Assembly: GCA_002269645.1 (NCBI GenBank)
Contig: NIVC01000907.1
Coordinates: forward strand, 306,858-370,857
Source: Macrostomum lignano
Taxonomy: Eukaryota
Length of the DNA: 64,000 nucleotides
Reading direction: 5' to 3'
Under the pieces are notes generated by a model. That model was not told where the DNA came from. It saw only the letters and a list, made by a program, of their open reading frames with translations, and did not search any database. This document shows, piece by piece, positions 34,038 to 50,210 of the stretch (position 1 is the stretch's first letter; every line of letters starts with the position of its first letter). The position numbers and the translations under genes are program-made.

Positions 34038-34827
34038 CCCGAGCCGCTGCAGGTCTGTCTGTCTGGCAACTGTGCTGTACCCGGCTATCCTGGACTGGGA
34101 TTTCTGCCCGCGGTGCGGACGCACTCTTTATAGCGATGGGGGAGGAAAATTGCTGGCCAGAGAGGGGGGAGGTGGCTGGCAGTTGCTTGCCGCAGCGCGG
34201 GCGACTGTCTTTCCGCGGTGCCTCCGCCCGGCCCCCGGGGTTTCTGCCCGCCCGGCCGGCCGTCCCTCCTGCTGTGGGGATGGGATTATTGAACCGAAGA
34301 GGAAAGGAAACAGGCCTGCTGGGACAGGAGTGCAGAGCCGAGCCATTGCCTGGAGACAGAGCTTCTCTTCGTGTACACAGTGAGTACAGTCTTGGTGTAC
34401 TTCAGAATGCCCTGGCGATGGTCAGGGAGCGTACACCGGGTTCGGGGTTGGCTGGCGGGACTGGGGTGGCTGCCCAGATCCCCCGGCAGTCGCTCGCCCA
34501 CGCTCTGCTGCTGCTGTCAGCCCGAAGCGGTGGGGGGGGGCTGGCCGAGTCCGAGTTTCTGCGTGCGAGGATGAAAGACGGCGCCAGAGCTGACGGACAG
34601 CAGATATCTGTTGCTGCGAAGTAAACAAACTCATTTCTTAGGTAATGGGAATCGCGGTTTATCGGTATGTGGCTGCTGGCTCATGTCAGTGATAGTTGCA
34701 TGGAGGCTGCGGGCACCCTAGCCTTTGGGAGGCTGTGTGCACCATAGCTGGCAGTCATGGTCGTGAATCTTTGAAAAACCCGAATTAAAGGGCCTTTTAA
34801 ATTCATTTCCTTTCAATTTGCCAGCCG

Positions 34828-37065
34828 ATATTTTCCAGCAGACATTTACCAGCCGACATTTACCTACCGATATTTGCCAGCCGACATTTACCAGCTGACA
34901 TTTACCTGCCGATATTTGCCAGCCGACATTTACCCGCAGACATTTACCAGCCGATATTTGCCAGCCGATATTTTCCAGCCGACATTTACCAGCCGACATT
35001 TACCAGCCGACATTTACCAGTCGACATTTACCTGCCGATATTTGCCAGCCGACATTTACCAGGCCCAAGAGCCCAACGCGGGAATCTCTCTGAATCTCTC
35101 AGGGAATCTCGCGGGATCAGTCGGCAGTTTTTGTCAGCAAAGAACAAGATCCGGTATCGTTTCGCTTTTCTATTCGAATACTTATAAATACGCTCTTACT
35201 AGTCCCTATAATTGGAAATATATATCCCCACTCGCTCCGATTCGGTAGGTGAAACAGATTCGGTAATAGGTGAGACAGATTCGGTAATAGGTGAGACAGA
35301 TTCGGTAATAGGTGAGACAGATTCGGTAAAAGTTAAGACAGATTCGGTATTAGGTGAGACAGATTCGGTATTAGGTGAGACAGATTCGGTATTAGGTGAG
35401 ACAGATTCGGTATTAGGTGAGACAGATTCGGTATTAGGTGAGACAGATTCGGTATTAGGTGAGACAGATTCGGTATTAGGTGAGACAGATTCGGTAATAC
35501 CAGGTAGGTGAGATCTCTTTAGTGTATAATATTTTACGCATTTTTATTGACAGAATCTGTCTGTGGCGACACCTAATTCGGTGCCATCAGCTCCGATAAA
35601 CAGCCATGCCTTCTTCTCTGCCATTGTTTCAATACGCATTACACACTACTGCTCGCAGTACTTCTACTACTAAATTATCAAAGCAATAGTTAAGGTTATT
35701 GATTTGACACAGAAAAAAAGTGCCGCTTATAATGACAAAATTAACGCCAAAGTCATTATGATCCGCGCACTGCAGTATGGCACAGTAGTACCACTTTTTA
35801 GCTGCCGACTGGTCTGCGAGGGAGAACGGGTTGGTAGATTGATGCTAAATCACCTGTCAGACTGATGCTAAATCACCTGTCAGACTGATGCTAAATCACC
35901 TGTCAGACTGATGCTAAATCACCTGTCAGACTGATGCTAAATCACCTGTCAGATTGATGCTAAATCACCTGTCAGATTGATGCTAAATCACCTGTCAGAC
36001 TGATGCTAAATCACCTGTCATATTAATGCTAAATCACCTGTCATATTGATGCTAAATCACCTGTCAGATTGATGCTAAATCACCTGTCAGATTGATGCTA
36101 AATCGCCTGTCACACTGATGCTAAATCACCTGTCAGATTGATGCTAAATCACCTGTCAGACTGATGCTAAATCACCTGTCAGATTGATGCTAAATCACCT
36201 GTCAGATTGATGCTAAATCACCTGTCAGACTGATGCTAAATCACCTGTCAGATTGATGCTAAGTCACCTGTCACACTAATGCTAAATCACCTGTCAGATT
36301 GATGCTAAATCACCTGTCACACTAATGCTAAATCACCTGTCAGATTGATGCTAAATCACCTGTCACACTAATGCTAAATCACCTGTCAGATTGATGCTAA
36401 ATCACCTGTCACACTAATGCTAAATCACCTGTCAGACTGATGCTAAATCACCTGTCAGACTGATGCTAAATCACCTGTCAGATTGATGCTAAATCACCTG
36501 TCAGATTGATGCTAAATCACCTGTCAGACTGATGCTAAATCACCTGTCATATTAATGCTAAATCACCTGTCATATTGATGCTAAATCACCTGTCAGACTG
36601 ATGCTAAATCACCTGTCAGACTGATGCTAAATCACCTGTCAGATTGATGCTAAATCACCTGTCAGATTGATGCTAAATCACCTGTCAGACTGATGCTAAA
36701 TCACCTGTCATATTGATGCTAAGTCACCTGTCACACTAATGCTAAATCACCTGTCAGATTGATGCTAAATCACCTGTCACACTAATGCTAAATCACCTGT
36801 CAGATTGATGCTAAATCACCTGTCACACTAATGCTAAATCACCTGTCAGACTGATGCTAAATCACCTGTCAGACTGATGCTAAATCACCTGTCAGACTGA
36901 TGCTAAATCACCTGTCAGACTGATGCTAAATCACCTGTCAGACTGATGCTAAATCACCTGTCAGATTGATGCTAAATCACCTGTCAGACTGATGCTAAAT
37001 CACCTGTCAGACTGATGCTAAATCACCTGTCAGACTGATGCTAAATCACTTGTCAGACTGATGCT
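34828..37065. repeat. Three minisatellites: degenerate ~20-bp 34828-35060, 21-bp 35236-35505, 21-bp (GATGCTAAATCACCTGTCAGA) 35843-37065
   Basis: Tandem units visible directly; no spacers. Confidence 0.93.
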
Positions 37066-37139
37066 TAAACCATAAATTCATATTGCAAACACGGCAGCCG
37101 AGGGTCAGCACTCACGCTGCTGACCCGGACCTGTACTCA

Positions 37140-37581
37140 TTGAACTCTTGTTGTCTGCTTGCAGCTGCCGCTGCCGCTGCTGCTGCTGCACCAGAAACGA
37201 TTCGTTCACCGATTGCTTCATCGGGAGGCTGCGAGTCACCTAATTACAACAAAAGTAAGTAAATTTGATTGTAGGAATGACTGCTACAAATACATGCGAG
37301 TACGAGTTGACACCGATTCCTAGCTTTCAGAGTCCCCATCGAATGTGACAATAAAATTCGAAATTTGCAGAATCGGAATGGGAGAGCTTTTTAGTGAAAT
37401 TCGGTTCAGTAGTAATTCAATGCAATTGCAACAGCACCTACAACAACAGAAACAACAGCAGCAACAAGGACAACAGCAGCAACAGCAACAACAGCAACAA
37501 CAGCAGCAGCAACAAGGACAACAGCAACAACAACAAAAACAGCAACAACAACAACAACAGCAACAACAACAACAATAAAAA

Positions 37582-37612
<31 letters not shown>

Positions 37613-40600
37613 ACCCGCCGGAGTCTACTTCTGGCCCACCGGACAAACACCGGTGGCTCCTGCTAGGCGCCACGTCACCGTCGTGGAGGGGTCGCCCCGC
37701 CTTTTTGGCGGAGCCCGAAGAGCGCCTAAACTCGGACACCAGATCGCCACCTGGTCTAGTTTGGTTACGTAGAACCAGAGCGCGCGAACTGAGGCCTAAG
37801 GCCTACGGAGTTGGGCGCCCGGCCCCCCAGCTCCCGGCGCTGCTCCTTATGGCCGGAGATGTCGAACCCAACCCGGGACCGGATTGTGGGCACCCGAACT
37901 GCGGCACTTCGATTCGCAATAATCCCGCGGTCTGTTCTAATTGCCAGCGCCACTTTCACCGGCAGAGCTCCTGCTCGGGTCTCACGCGTTGGAGGGCTGA
38001 CCGCACTGACTGGACGACCTGGCAATGCATTGTTTGCTCCCAGGACAACCGGAACCATACGGCTTGCTCCACCCAGCAGAATCTGAACCACACCCCCCCG
38101 GCCGCGCCGGAGGTGGTTGGCCAACCCATGACCACTCAACGCCGTACCAGACGCATGCAGCTCATTCAAAGAGAAAAACCAAAGTGTGGTGATTGCAACA
38201 AGCCCGTCCGCATCTCCACCATTATTGCGGAGTGCAAAGTGTGCGAGAGGCTGTTCCATAACGCGTGCACCAAGCAGACCAGAGAGGCTATCCGACGTGA
38301 TGTTGCCACGGGCCGCTGGACCTGTGAAACCTGCTTGCATCACCATAACAGACCGGCTGAGGAAGGGCAACCTAACCAGCGCTCGCCCGATCCCAGCCAG
38401 GACTTCAAAACCACCGCCAGCGAAGACTTGTCGGAGCCTGGTATTAGACTCCTCCAATGGAATGCGGATGGCATCCGCAATAAGTTAGGTGAACTTGAAG
38501 AAATAGCCAATCGGCTCTCTATCGACCTTATTGCAGTCCAAGAATCGAAGCTGGAAAAACAGCATCCAAACCCCAGGATTCCGGGCTTTACCACCATCAG
38601 AAAAGACCGGCAAATTGCCCGCAATGGAGCAGAGTCCAAAGGAGGAGGGCTGCTGGTTTTCGTGCGCCAATCCATCTCCTTCCGAAAGCTTCGGTACTGG
38701 GGCGGTGGCATCACGGAAGGGCATCGTATCGCCTTGCACATCACCGCCCGTGAGACCATCGTGCTGACCAGTGTCTACCGACCACCAACGCGGCGCTCCA
38801 ACACGGTGGACAGAAGAATCAACCCTAGTGTGGTCTCCAGGCTTACCCCGCACAATGCGGAGCTCATTGTGGGAGACTTTAACCTGCACCACCAGAAATG
38901 GGGCAGCAAACCCGGTCAAGGTCCAGAAGACGTTACTGAAGCCGGCTGCCTCGTTGACTGGGTTGAGAACAACGACTACCGCTTCCTCAACCACGGCACT
39001 CTCACCTGTGTCGACCGCCGGTCAGGACAGGAAAGCGCCCTGGACATCTCTTTCGCCAGCAGATCCCTAGCTGGGCGGTACTCTTGGACTGTCCTGCCGG
39101 AGCTGGGTTCTGATCATAAGCCGATTCTTATCACGATTCATGGTATCCGCCCGGCCCTGGCCAAAGAACCCAGGTTTTCCTGGGCCTGGAAAAAGGCCGA
39201 CTGGAATCGCTATCACTCCTACCTAGAAGAGCACTCTGCTGACCTGAACACCGGCACTATTAAACAGCAGATTGCCCGGCTCTGCACGACTATGAAGCAG
39301 GCGGCAAAAGAATCCATCCCGCTGAAGAAAGTCTCCCCTCGTAACCGCCCCTTCTGGGACGAGGAGCTTTCCCAGCTGAGAGATGAGAGGAACAACCTCC
39401 GTAGAAGGGGAAGCCCGGTCGAGGACTGGAACATGAAGACCCAAGAGCTGAACAGTCGGTGCGCTGAGAAGAAAGCCCAGTTCTGGAGAGAGTACCTCGG
39501 CAAGATCTCCTCCTCCTCCGACCCTAAGGCCGTCTGGAGGACCATTAAATGTTTGAACACGGGTAATAACGGGGCGTCCCCAACGAGACCCTCGTGGTCC
39601 AAGGCAAATAATGTAAGACTGACAAACAAAAGGCAGAAGCGTTTGGCAGACACTTTGCCAAGGTCTGCAGACCCGACCAACAACCGGGTGATCGCCGCTA
39701 CAAAAAACTCACCTCCAATCGCTTGAGTGCTTATCACCCGCATGCCAGCGACTATGACGCCCCCTTCACCAAGAGTGAACTCGAGAGAGCTATCGACTAC
39801 CTGGACATCAACAAGAAAGGAGGGCCGGACAAGATAGAGGCGGCATTCTTCAAGCACCTGCCAGAAAGCTGGACGGAAGCCTGGCTCAAACTCTTCAACC
39901 GTAGCTGGAAGATTGGCCACTGCCCTGGCATCTGGAAACAAGCAATAGTGGTGCCCCTCCTGAAGGACGGTAAAGACCCGCAGAGCTGCGATAGCTATAG
40001 ACCGGTCAGTCTCACATCGATCTGCGCCAAGATTATGGAACGCATGGTCCTAGACCGCCTCTTTCATTGGATTGAGACCTTCAACATCCTCAAACACTGG
40101 CAAGCGGGCTTCCAAAGAGGCCGCAGCTGTGAGGAGCAGGTCGCCCGTCTGGTCCAATCGATCCAAGACGGGTGGGAATGCAAACCTCCCCTCAAGACAG
40201 CGGCTACCGTCCTCGATTGCTCCAAAGCCTTCGACACAGTTTGGCATGACAAGCTCATTAATCGGATGATGGACGAAGACATGCCAGATCGTATGACGCA
40301 TTGGCTAGCCAATTTTCTGGAAGGTAGAACCATCTGTGCCAAAATCGGCAACACCACCGGGAAGTGGCGCCGCATCACCAGTGGAGTTCCCCAGGGAGCG
40401 GTGTGCTCCCCGGTCCTTTTCCTCCTTTACGTCAATGATTTGACTGGCTTCCCTGAAACTGAAGTTCAACTTGGAGGATTCGCTGACGACCTCTGCCTAT
40501 GGGCTACTGACAGTAGCCTTCAGAACCTCACCAGAAAGCTACAGAGCGCCCTGGACTTCATCGAAACCTGGACCAGAGACCTCCGTATCTCGGTTAACCC

Positions 40601-42161
40601 GGCTAAAACCCAGGCGTGCCTCTTCTCTAGGAACCGGGCCGACTTTGATCGGCCACCTGATCTCCATCTTGCCGGCACTCAACTTCGCTTCACTGAGTCT
40701 CTCAAATACCTCGGTATTTGGATCGACCGCGGACTCATCTTTGCTCAACAAGTTAAAACGGTCAAATAAAAGATGGCCAAACGCACCAACATCGTGAGAG
40801 CGCTAGCACAAAGGAGCTGGGGCTGGGACCGTAAGCTGCTGATGCGTACGTACACCGCCATGGTCGAATCTGTCATATGGCACGCGGCAGCGGCCTGGCT
40901 ACCTTGGCTATCCAAAAGCCGGTTGAACGAACTCGAACGGGCTCAAAGGGCAGCGCTCAGAACCGTGGCCGGCCTCCCTAAATCCACTCCGGAGGAGGCC
41001 GTTTACCTCGAACTCGGAACCGTTCCCATTTCCGTTGAAGGACACAGAAGAGCCCTGCTGGCTGTCAAGAAGGCCCTCAGGCGGCCTGCCTACGACCCTT
41101 GGCGCAGCCTCTGCGAAGACCAAGGCCGGCGCAGGCTCAAAGCTAACAAAGGCCTCCGGGATCAAGCCAAGCTGGAATCCGAGCAGATTCTGCATTGCCC
41201 ACGCCGGGAATCGAACTGGATCAGGAACGAGCCCTGGCTTCCGAGAATTGAGGATCGGGTCACCCTTTGCGAACACCTGACTCAGCCGATCTCCAGGAAC
41301 GATCCGCCAGAGACCAGGCGGTCGGCGACGGAAGACACCATTCAATCATGGGGCGACCGCAAGATCCACTACTTCACCGACGGGTCTGCATCAGAAGGAA
41401 CTGAGAATGGAGGGGCAGCCTGTGTGGCGGTCGCCCCTACCTCGGGCCAGGTGGTTTGGATTGAGTGAGCTGCTACCGGGCGCTGGTGTAGCTCGTTCCA
41501 AGCTGAACTCTCAGCTCTGCACCTCGCCCTGGATCACATCCTTGAGACTAAACAGGACTCTGCTCTGATCCTCACCGACAGCCGATCGGCCATTGCGGCG
41601 CTCAAGGGTCGGCAACACTCCCTGAACCCTCTGCTCGAGTCGCTCAAGCGCAAGCTGACACAGGTGGAGAGCCACGCCGACGTGGTCCTGCAGTGGATCC
41701 CAGGTCACTCTGGGACTCCCGGTAACGAGAGAGCCGACGTCGAGGCCAAGAACGCCTGTCTGCTCCCCCAGGACATTCTAGGGATCGACATCGAGGCCGC
41801 CCGCAGCCGTATACGCCGTCTCATCAACTACAGGCCTCTCCTGAATGACCGGCTGAAGCGGGTCTACAGCAAGACCCCCTCGATGCCCGTTCGCCCCCGC
41901 GCGCTTCAGGTTTCCATAGCTCAAATGCGTGCCGGTCACGATCCTTCCACGGCGTACTATCAGCACCGAATAGGCTCTAGGGAGGATAGCAGATGCCTCC
42001 GGTGCGACCTCTTTGAAGACAAGGACCACTTCCTCGAATGTCCGGCCCTGGCAGGAGCTCGGCACGCGACGGACCTACACCAACTGGAGGACTTGGCCGA
42101 TGGCGATCTGGTGGCTAGGTTCTTGGACTGCCTGCATAGGCAGCCCTAGACCACCTTCCGC

Positions 42162-42192
<31 letters not shown>

Positions 42193-44090
42193 GCAACAAC
42201 AGCAACAACAGCAACAACAACAACACCCCCTGGGATTTACTCCCAGCCTGCTGGGTAATCAGCAGGCCCTATCCGGCGCCGCGTCTTTGTCGCGGGGGGG
42301 AGGCAACGCCCGTTCTTCGGGCGGCGAAGAGCGCCGGGAATCGGTCACCGCTCCTGGCTCAGGGGCGGTGGATGTGGCTCGGTCCGGCCCTCTGTGCTCA
42401 GCCTTTGTCGCTGGCTCTGTCAGCGGTAGGGGTTTGGTACCTGGTCCGGTTATTTCGAGCTCGGTCCGCAGTCAACAACAACAACAACAGCAACAACAGC
42501 AACAACAGCAACAACAACAACAACAGCAACAACAGCAACAACAGCAACAACAGAAACAACAACAACAACAGCAACAACAGCAACAACAGCAACAACAGCA
42601 ACAACAGCAACAACAACAGCGTCAGACAGTACACCGCAGCACGCTGTACCTTGTAAATTGGTGCTCCAAAGCCGGAAGGTCTTTACCTTTTTCTGCCGCC
42701 TGGACACCTTGCAGGTGTACCTTTGATAGACCGCGTAAGCCAGGGTGAGCAGCACCATAGCGGCAAGCAGGCAGCCAACCATGACCAGGGCGGCCGACTT
42801 CTCAGCCTCCATGGACTCCGGCCAGGCAGGGGCTCGAGGAGCGGCCGGCGAGGTCGGCGGCTTTGACGACTGCGCGCAGCGGGGGTTCATACAGGCTTTC
42901 AGTTGATTATGGTTGATGGATTATCGACCCAGAGAGTTAGCATCGCTAGAGCAGCAATGCCAAACTGGTACACAGAGCACTTCAGCATCTCACAGCCTGT
43001 GAATCTCATACCCAAGAATCTCATACCCAAGAATCTCATACCCAAGAATCTCATACCCAAGAATCTCATACCCAAGAATCTCATACCCAAGAATCTCATA
43101 CCCAAGAATCTCAAACCCCACAATCTCATACCCGAGAATCTAATATCCCAGAATTTCATACCAAAGAATCTCATACCCAAGAATCTCATACCCAAGAATC
43201 TCATACCAAAGAATCTCATACCCAAGAATCTCATACCCAAGAATCTCAAACCCCACAATCTCATACCCGAGAATCTAATATCCCAGAATTTCATACCAAA
43301 GAATCTCATACCCAAGAATCTCATACCCAAGAATCTCATACCCGAGAATCTCATACCCAAGAATTTCATACCAAAGAATCTCATACCCAAGAATCTCATA
43401 CCCGAGAATCTCATACCCCATAATCCCATACCCGAGAATCTCATACCCCATAATCCCATACCCCAGAATCTCATACCCGAGAATCTCACACCCCATAATC
43501 CCATACCCCAGAATCCCATACCCCAGAATCTCATACCCAAGAATCTCATACACAATAATCTCCTAAAATTGAGGAAAGGTAGCACACTTTAGAAGGCAAA
43601 GGAATATAAAAGTGAAAATCAGCATAGCCTCAGCAACAGAATCTCAGAATCTCACACCTCAGAATCTCATACCCCAGAATCTCACACCTCAGAATCTCAT
43701 ACCCAAGAATCTCATACCCCAGAATCTCATACCCAAGAATCTCATACCCCAGAATCTCATACCCCAGAATCTCAAAGCCTGAGAACCTCACACCCCAGAA
43801 TCTCAACCTCAGAATCTCATACCCCAGATCTCGCACGGGGGCTCAATACAATGTGCCGCCGGTGCACAGGTGAGGCCCCGGCAGTCATAGGAGGGATTGG
43901 GAAAAAAGGAGGAGAATGGGGAAGAGAGAGAAGGGGCCGGCCTGAGTCAGCCAGCGGGGCTGGGTGAATCCGGTTCTCGCAGGTTAGTAAGTCGAGCTCT
44001 GTCGCAATCTGAATCGTTTGCTGGACCCGTTTCTTGCGATACTACTGAGTTCAGTAGCTCATGCTCTTTGCCTTGCTTCACCTTTCTTTA
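37140..44090 (-). CDS. Fragments of a possible Cys-rich single-pass membrane protein gene hosting the Ingi insertion in an intron
   Basis: Exon-like 42650-42895 (ACMNPRC...ALVMVGCLLAAMVLLTLAYAVYQRY..RRQKK: TM helix plus basic stop-transfer), DCRGLTCAPAAHCIEPPC near 43830-43890, candidate exon 37140-37240; full model not resolved. Confidence 0.4.
37429..37613. repeat. (CAA/CAG)n microsatellite 5' of the Ingi-type LINE; further tracts at 42161-42225 and 42473-42619
   Basis: Direct observation. Confidence 0.95.
37614..37728 (+). ncRNA. HDV-like self-cleaving ribozyme at the 5' end of the Ingi-type LINE
   Basis: P2 TAGGCGC(37664-70)/GCGCCTA, P3 ACG/CGT around L3 TCACCGT, P4 CCGCC-TTTTT-GGCGG, J4/2 CCGAAGA; P1 CCCGCC/GGAGGG has one mismatch. 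Confidence 0.7.
37840..37881 (+). other. 2A-like StopGo peptide (LLLMAGDVEPNPG|P)
   Basis: Exact D(V/I)ExNPGP consensus at 37858-37881 preceded by the usual hydrophobic LL.AG. Confidence 0.92.
42226..42337 (+). ncRNA. HDV-like ribozyme, copy 2
   Basis: P1 CCCCCT/GGGGGG; J1/2 hairpins GGGA/TCCC and GCCTGCTG/CAGCAGGC; P2 CCGGCGC/GCGCCGG; P3 GCG-TCTTTGT-CGC; P4 GCCCG-TTCTT-CGGGC; J4/2 GGCGAAGA with putative catalytic C42325. Confidence 0.8.
42226..42472 (+). mobile_element. Short non-coding element headed by an HDV-like ribozyme, with (CAA)n tail
   Basis: About 247 bp between two CAA tracts; no ORF; 5' 112 nt fold as an HDV-like double pseudoknot. Confidence 0.72.
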
Positions 44091-45001
44091 CAGATTGTGG
44101 CACTGCTGATACAGATTGTGGCACTGATGATACAGATTGTGGCACTGATGATACAGATTGTGGCACTGATGATACAGATTGTGGCACTGCTGATACAGAT
44201 TGTGGCACTGCTGATACAGATTGTGACACTGCTCATACAGATTGTGACACTGCTAATACAGATTGTGACACTGCTCATACAGATTGTGACACTGCTGATA
44301 CACATTGTGGCACTGCTGATACAGATTGTGGCACTGCTGATACACATTGTGGCACTGCTGATACAGATTGTGGCACTGCTGATACACATTGTGGCACTGC
44401 TGATACAGATTGTGGCACTGATGATACAGATTGTGGCACTGATGATACAGATTGTGGCACTGCTCATACAGATTGTGGCACTGCTGATACACATTTTGGC
44501 ACTGCTGATACACATTGTGGCACTGATGATACAGATTGTGACACTGCTGATACATACATATTGTGGTACGCGCAACTAAAACGCGGATTAACGAAGTTGA
44601 GCGATTGTGACTCTGCATTTACTCAAACCATCTTCCCTGGCAACGCCTTTGCATCCCAGCTTACGAGATTTATAACGAAGGCAATTTAGCCAATCAATAA
44701 AGAATTTCTGTTCGCGAGACAAACATTTCCAGTTGCCACCCACACAATCTGAGTCCTAATCCCAATTCATCGTCTCCAGGGATACGGTAAGCGGATACTT
44801 TCTACTTTAAGGAAATCCCAATCTTAGCTAAAGGCAATGCAGTACAATGGCCAGCAGATCTGGTCCATTAGGATCGAGGCTGGGGATTGCATTCTCCCTG
44901 CTCTGCGTGGGACGCGGGCACTTCCAACTTCCATGTGGCAAAGTGAAGTCAGAAATTCAACACCAGACTCAGTGCTTCTATCTATCTATCTTCCTATCTA
45001 T

Positions 45002-45088
<87 letters not shown>
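42990..45088. repeat. 15-bp arrays (42990-43560, 43640-43830), 21-bp array (44090-44555), (CTAT)n (44980-45088)
   Basis: Tandem units visible directly. Confidence 0.93.
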
Positions 45089-45245
45089 GATCCATTCAAA
45101 GTCCGTTATTTCTTTTCTCAAACCTGATTGGCTGGCTGAGGCATTCACTCTTTATTTAATACCGCTAAGGCGCACATCTCAAGGCCAAACCAATCCAAAG
45201 CAGTTCCCGACCAAGCGCTGGTCGGCTGCTCGAGCCCCTCCGATC

Positions 45246-49029
<3,784 letters not shown>

Positions 49030-50089
49030 ATGAGAAAATTTCAGAGCGCAGGTCAGGCTGCAGGCATCTGTGACTGAAACCTTTTGTCTTCTGCTTCAAG
49101 GCCACCTTTCAATCTTCTGCTTTCGAGGTTCGCTATTCTGTCCCGAACTGCTGTTCTCACCCAAACTGCTTTGACTTATGCAAAGGCAAAACTGGAAATC
49201 CGACCCAATCTGATTAATTATTGAGGGCTGTAAGATTGTAATCTCCTCTCCTCGTTAGGCATCTATTGATCGCCAGGCTGGAGACTGAATTAGGAGTTAT
49301 TGCGCACGCGGCCACAGCGTGATCAAAGCTTAATAATGCACATGGCTGCGTCGGTTTGCGAAGGGAACTCCGATCGGCCATGTTTTTTCCAGTTCCTTTT
49401 GTTGGAATACCCTGGTTTTGTTGCTAGGGGCCTATCGTGCCTACAACAGTATTGAATTTCCAGTTGTACTTTTTGAATAACGGATGTTACTGCTTTCTCT
49501 CCTGGAGCCCCCGGCAATCTCCGTGTCTCAGCTTTCTGACTGCTCTGTTTTTCCTCCCTTCCTCTCTCCCTGCCTTTCTCCGTTCCTCTCTCCCTGCCTC
49601 TCTCCCTGCCTTTCTCCGTTCCTCTCTCCCTGCCTCCCTCCCTGCCTCTCTCCCTGCCTCTCTCCCTGCCTTTCTCCGTTCCTCTCTCCCTGCCTCTCTC
49701 CCTGCCTTTCTCCGTTCCTCTCTCCCTGCCTCCCTCCCTGCCTCTCTCCCTGCCTCTCTCCCTGCCTCTCTCCCTGCCTCTCTCCGTTCCTCTCTCCCTG
49801 CCTCTCTCCCTGCCTCCCTCCCTTCCTCTCTCCCTGCCTTTCTCCGTTCCTATCTCCCTGCCTCTCTCCCTGCCTCTCTCCGTTCCTCTCTCCCTGCCTA
49901 TCTCCCTGCCTCTCTCCCTGCCTCTCTCCGTTCCTCTCTCCCTGCCTCTCTCCCTGCCTCTCTCCCTGCCTTTCTCCGTTCCTCTCTCCCTGCCTCTCTC
50001 CCTTCCTCTCTCCCTGCCTCTCTCCCTGCCTTTCCCGTGGACTAAATAGTGCTCAATCATTCTCGCACATAAAAATCTGCACCTTACAG

Positions 50090-50210
50090 TGCAGCAGCGT
50101 CCGTCGCAGCTGTCCTGCGATTCCGGCCACGCGTCCGTTGGTTCGCATCCTGGCAGTCCGGTTGTTGTCGAATCTGCAAAATTTGAACGAGTGGACGAAG
50201 CCGCCCCGGG
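50090..50210 (+). CDS. Candidate coding exon (QQRPSQLSCDSGHASVGSHPGSPVVVESAKFERVDEAAPG), possibly a 3' exon of the Hv-like gene
   Basis: cttacag acceptor, gtaagt donor, phase-1 start compatible with exon 48365-48553. Confidence 0.45.

Larger units (their letters stand above)
37614..42160 (+). mobile_element. Ingi-clade-like non-LTR retrotransposon, apparently full length but disabled
   Basis: Single long reading frame: 2A peptide, two PHD-like fingers, APE (QWNADG, VQESK, GDFN, SDH), RT (QGAVCSP, FADD), RNase H (TDGS, AEL, TDSRS, WIPGH.G..GNE.AD), CxxC..H..C knuckle; frameshift near 39580, stops near 39607 and at 40767 and 41466; (CAA)n tail. Confidence 0.92.

Noticed and set aside
35843-37065. 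CRISPR-like appearance of regular repeats
   Set aside because: Units are head-to-tail with no unique spacers, there are no cas genes, and the context is eukaryotic.
37320-37739. Poly-Cys, poly-Gln, poly-Leu ORFs (also 42287-42748)
   Set aside because: Translations of (CAA/CAG)n tracts flanking retroelements.
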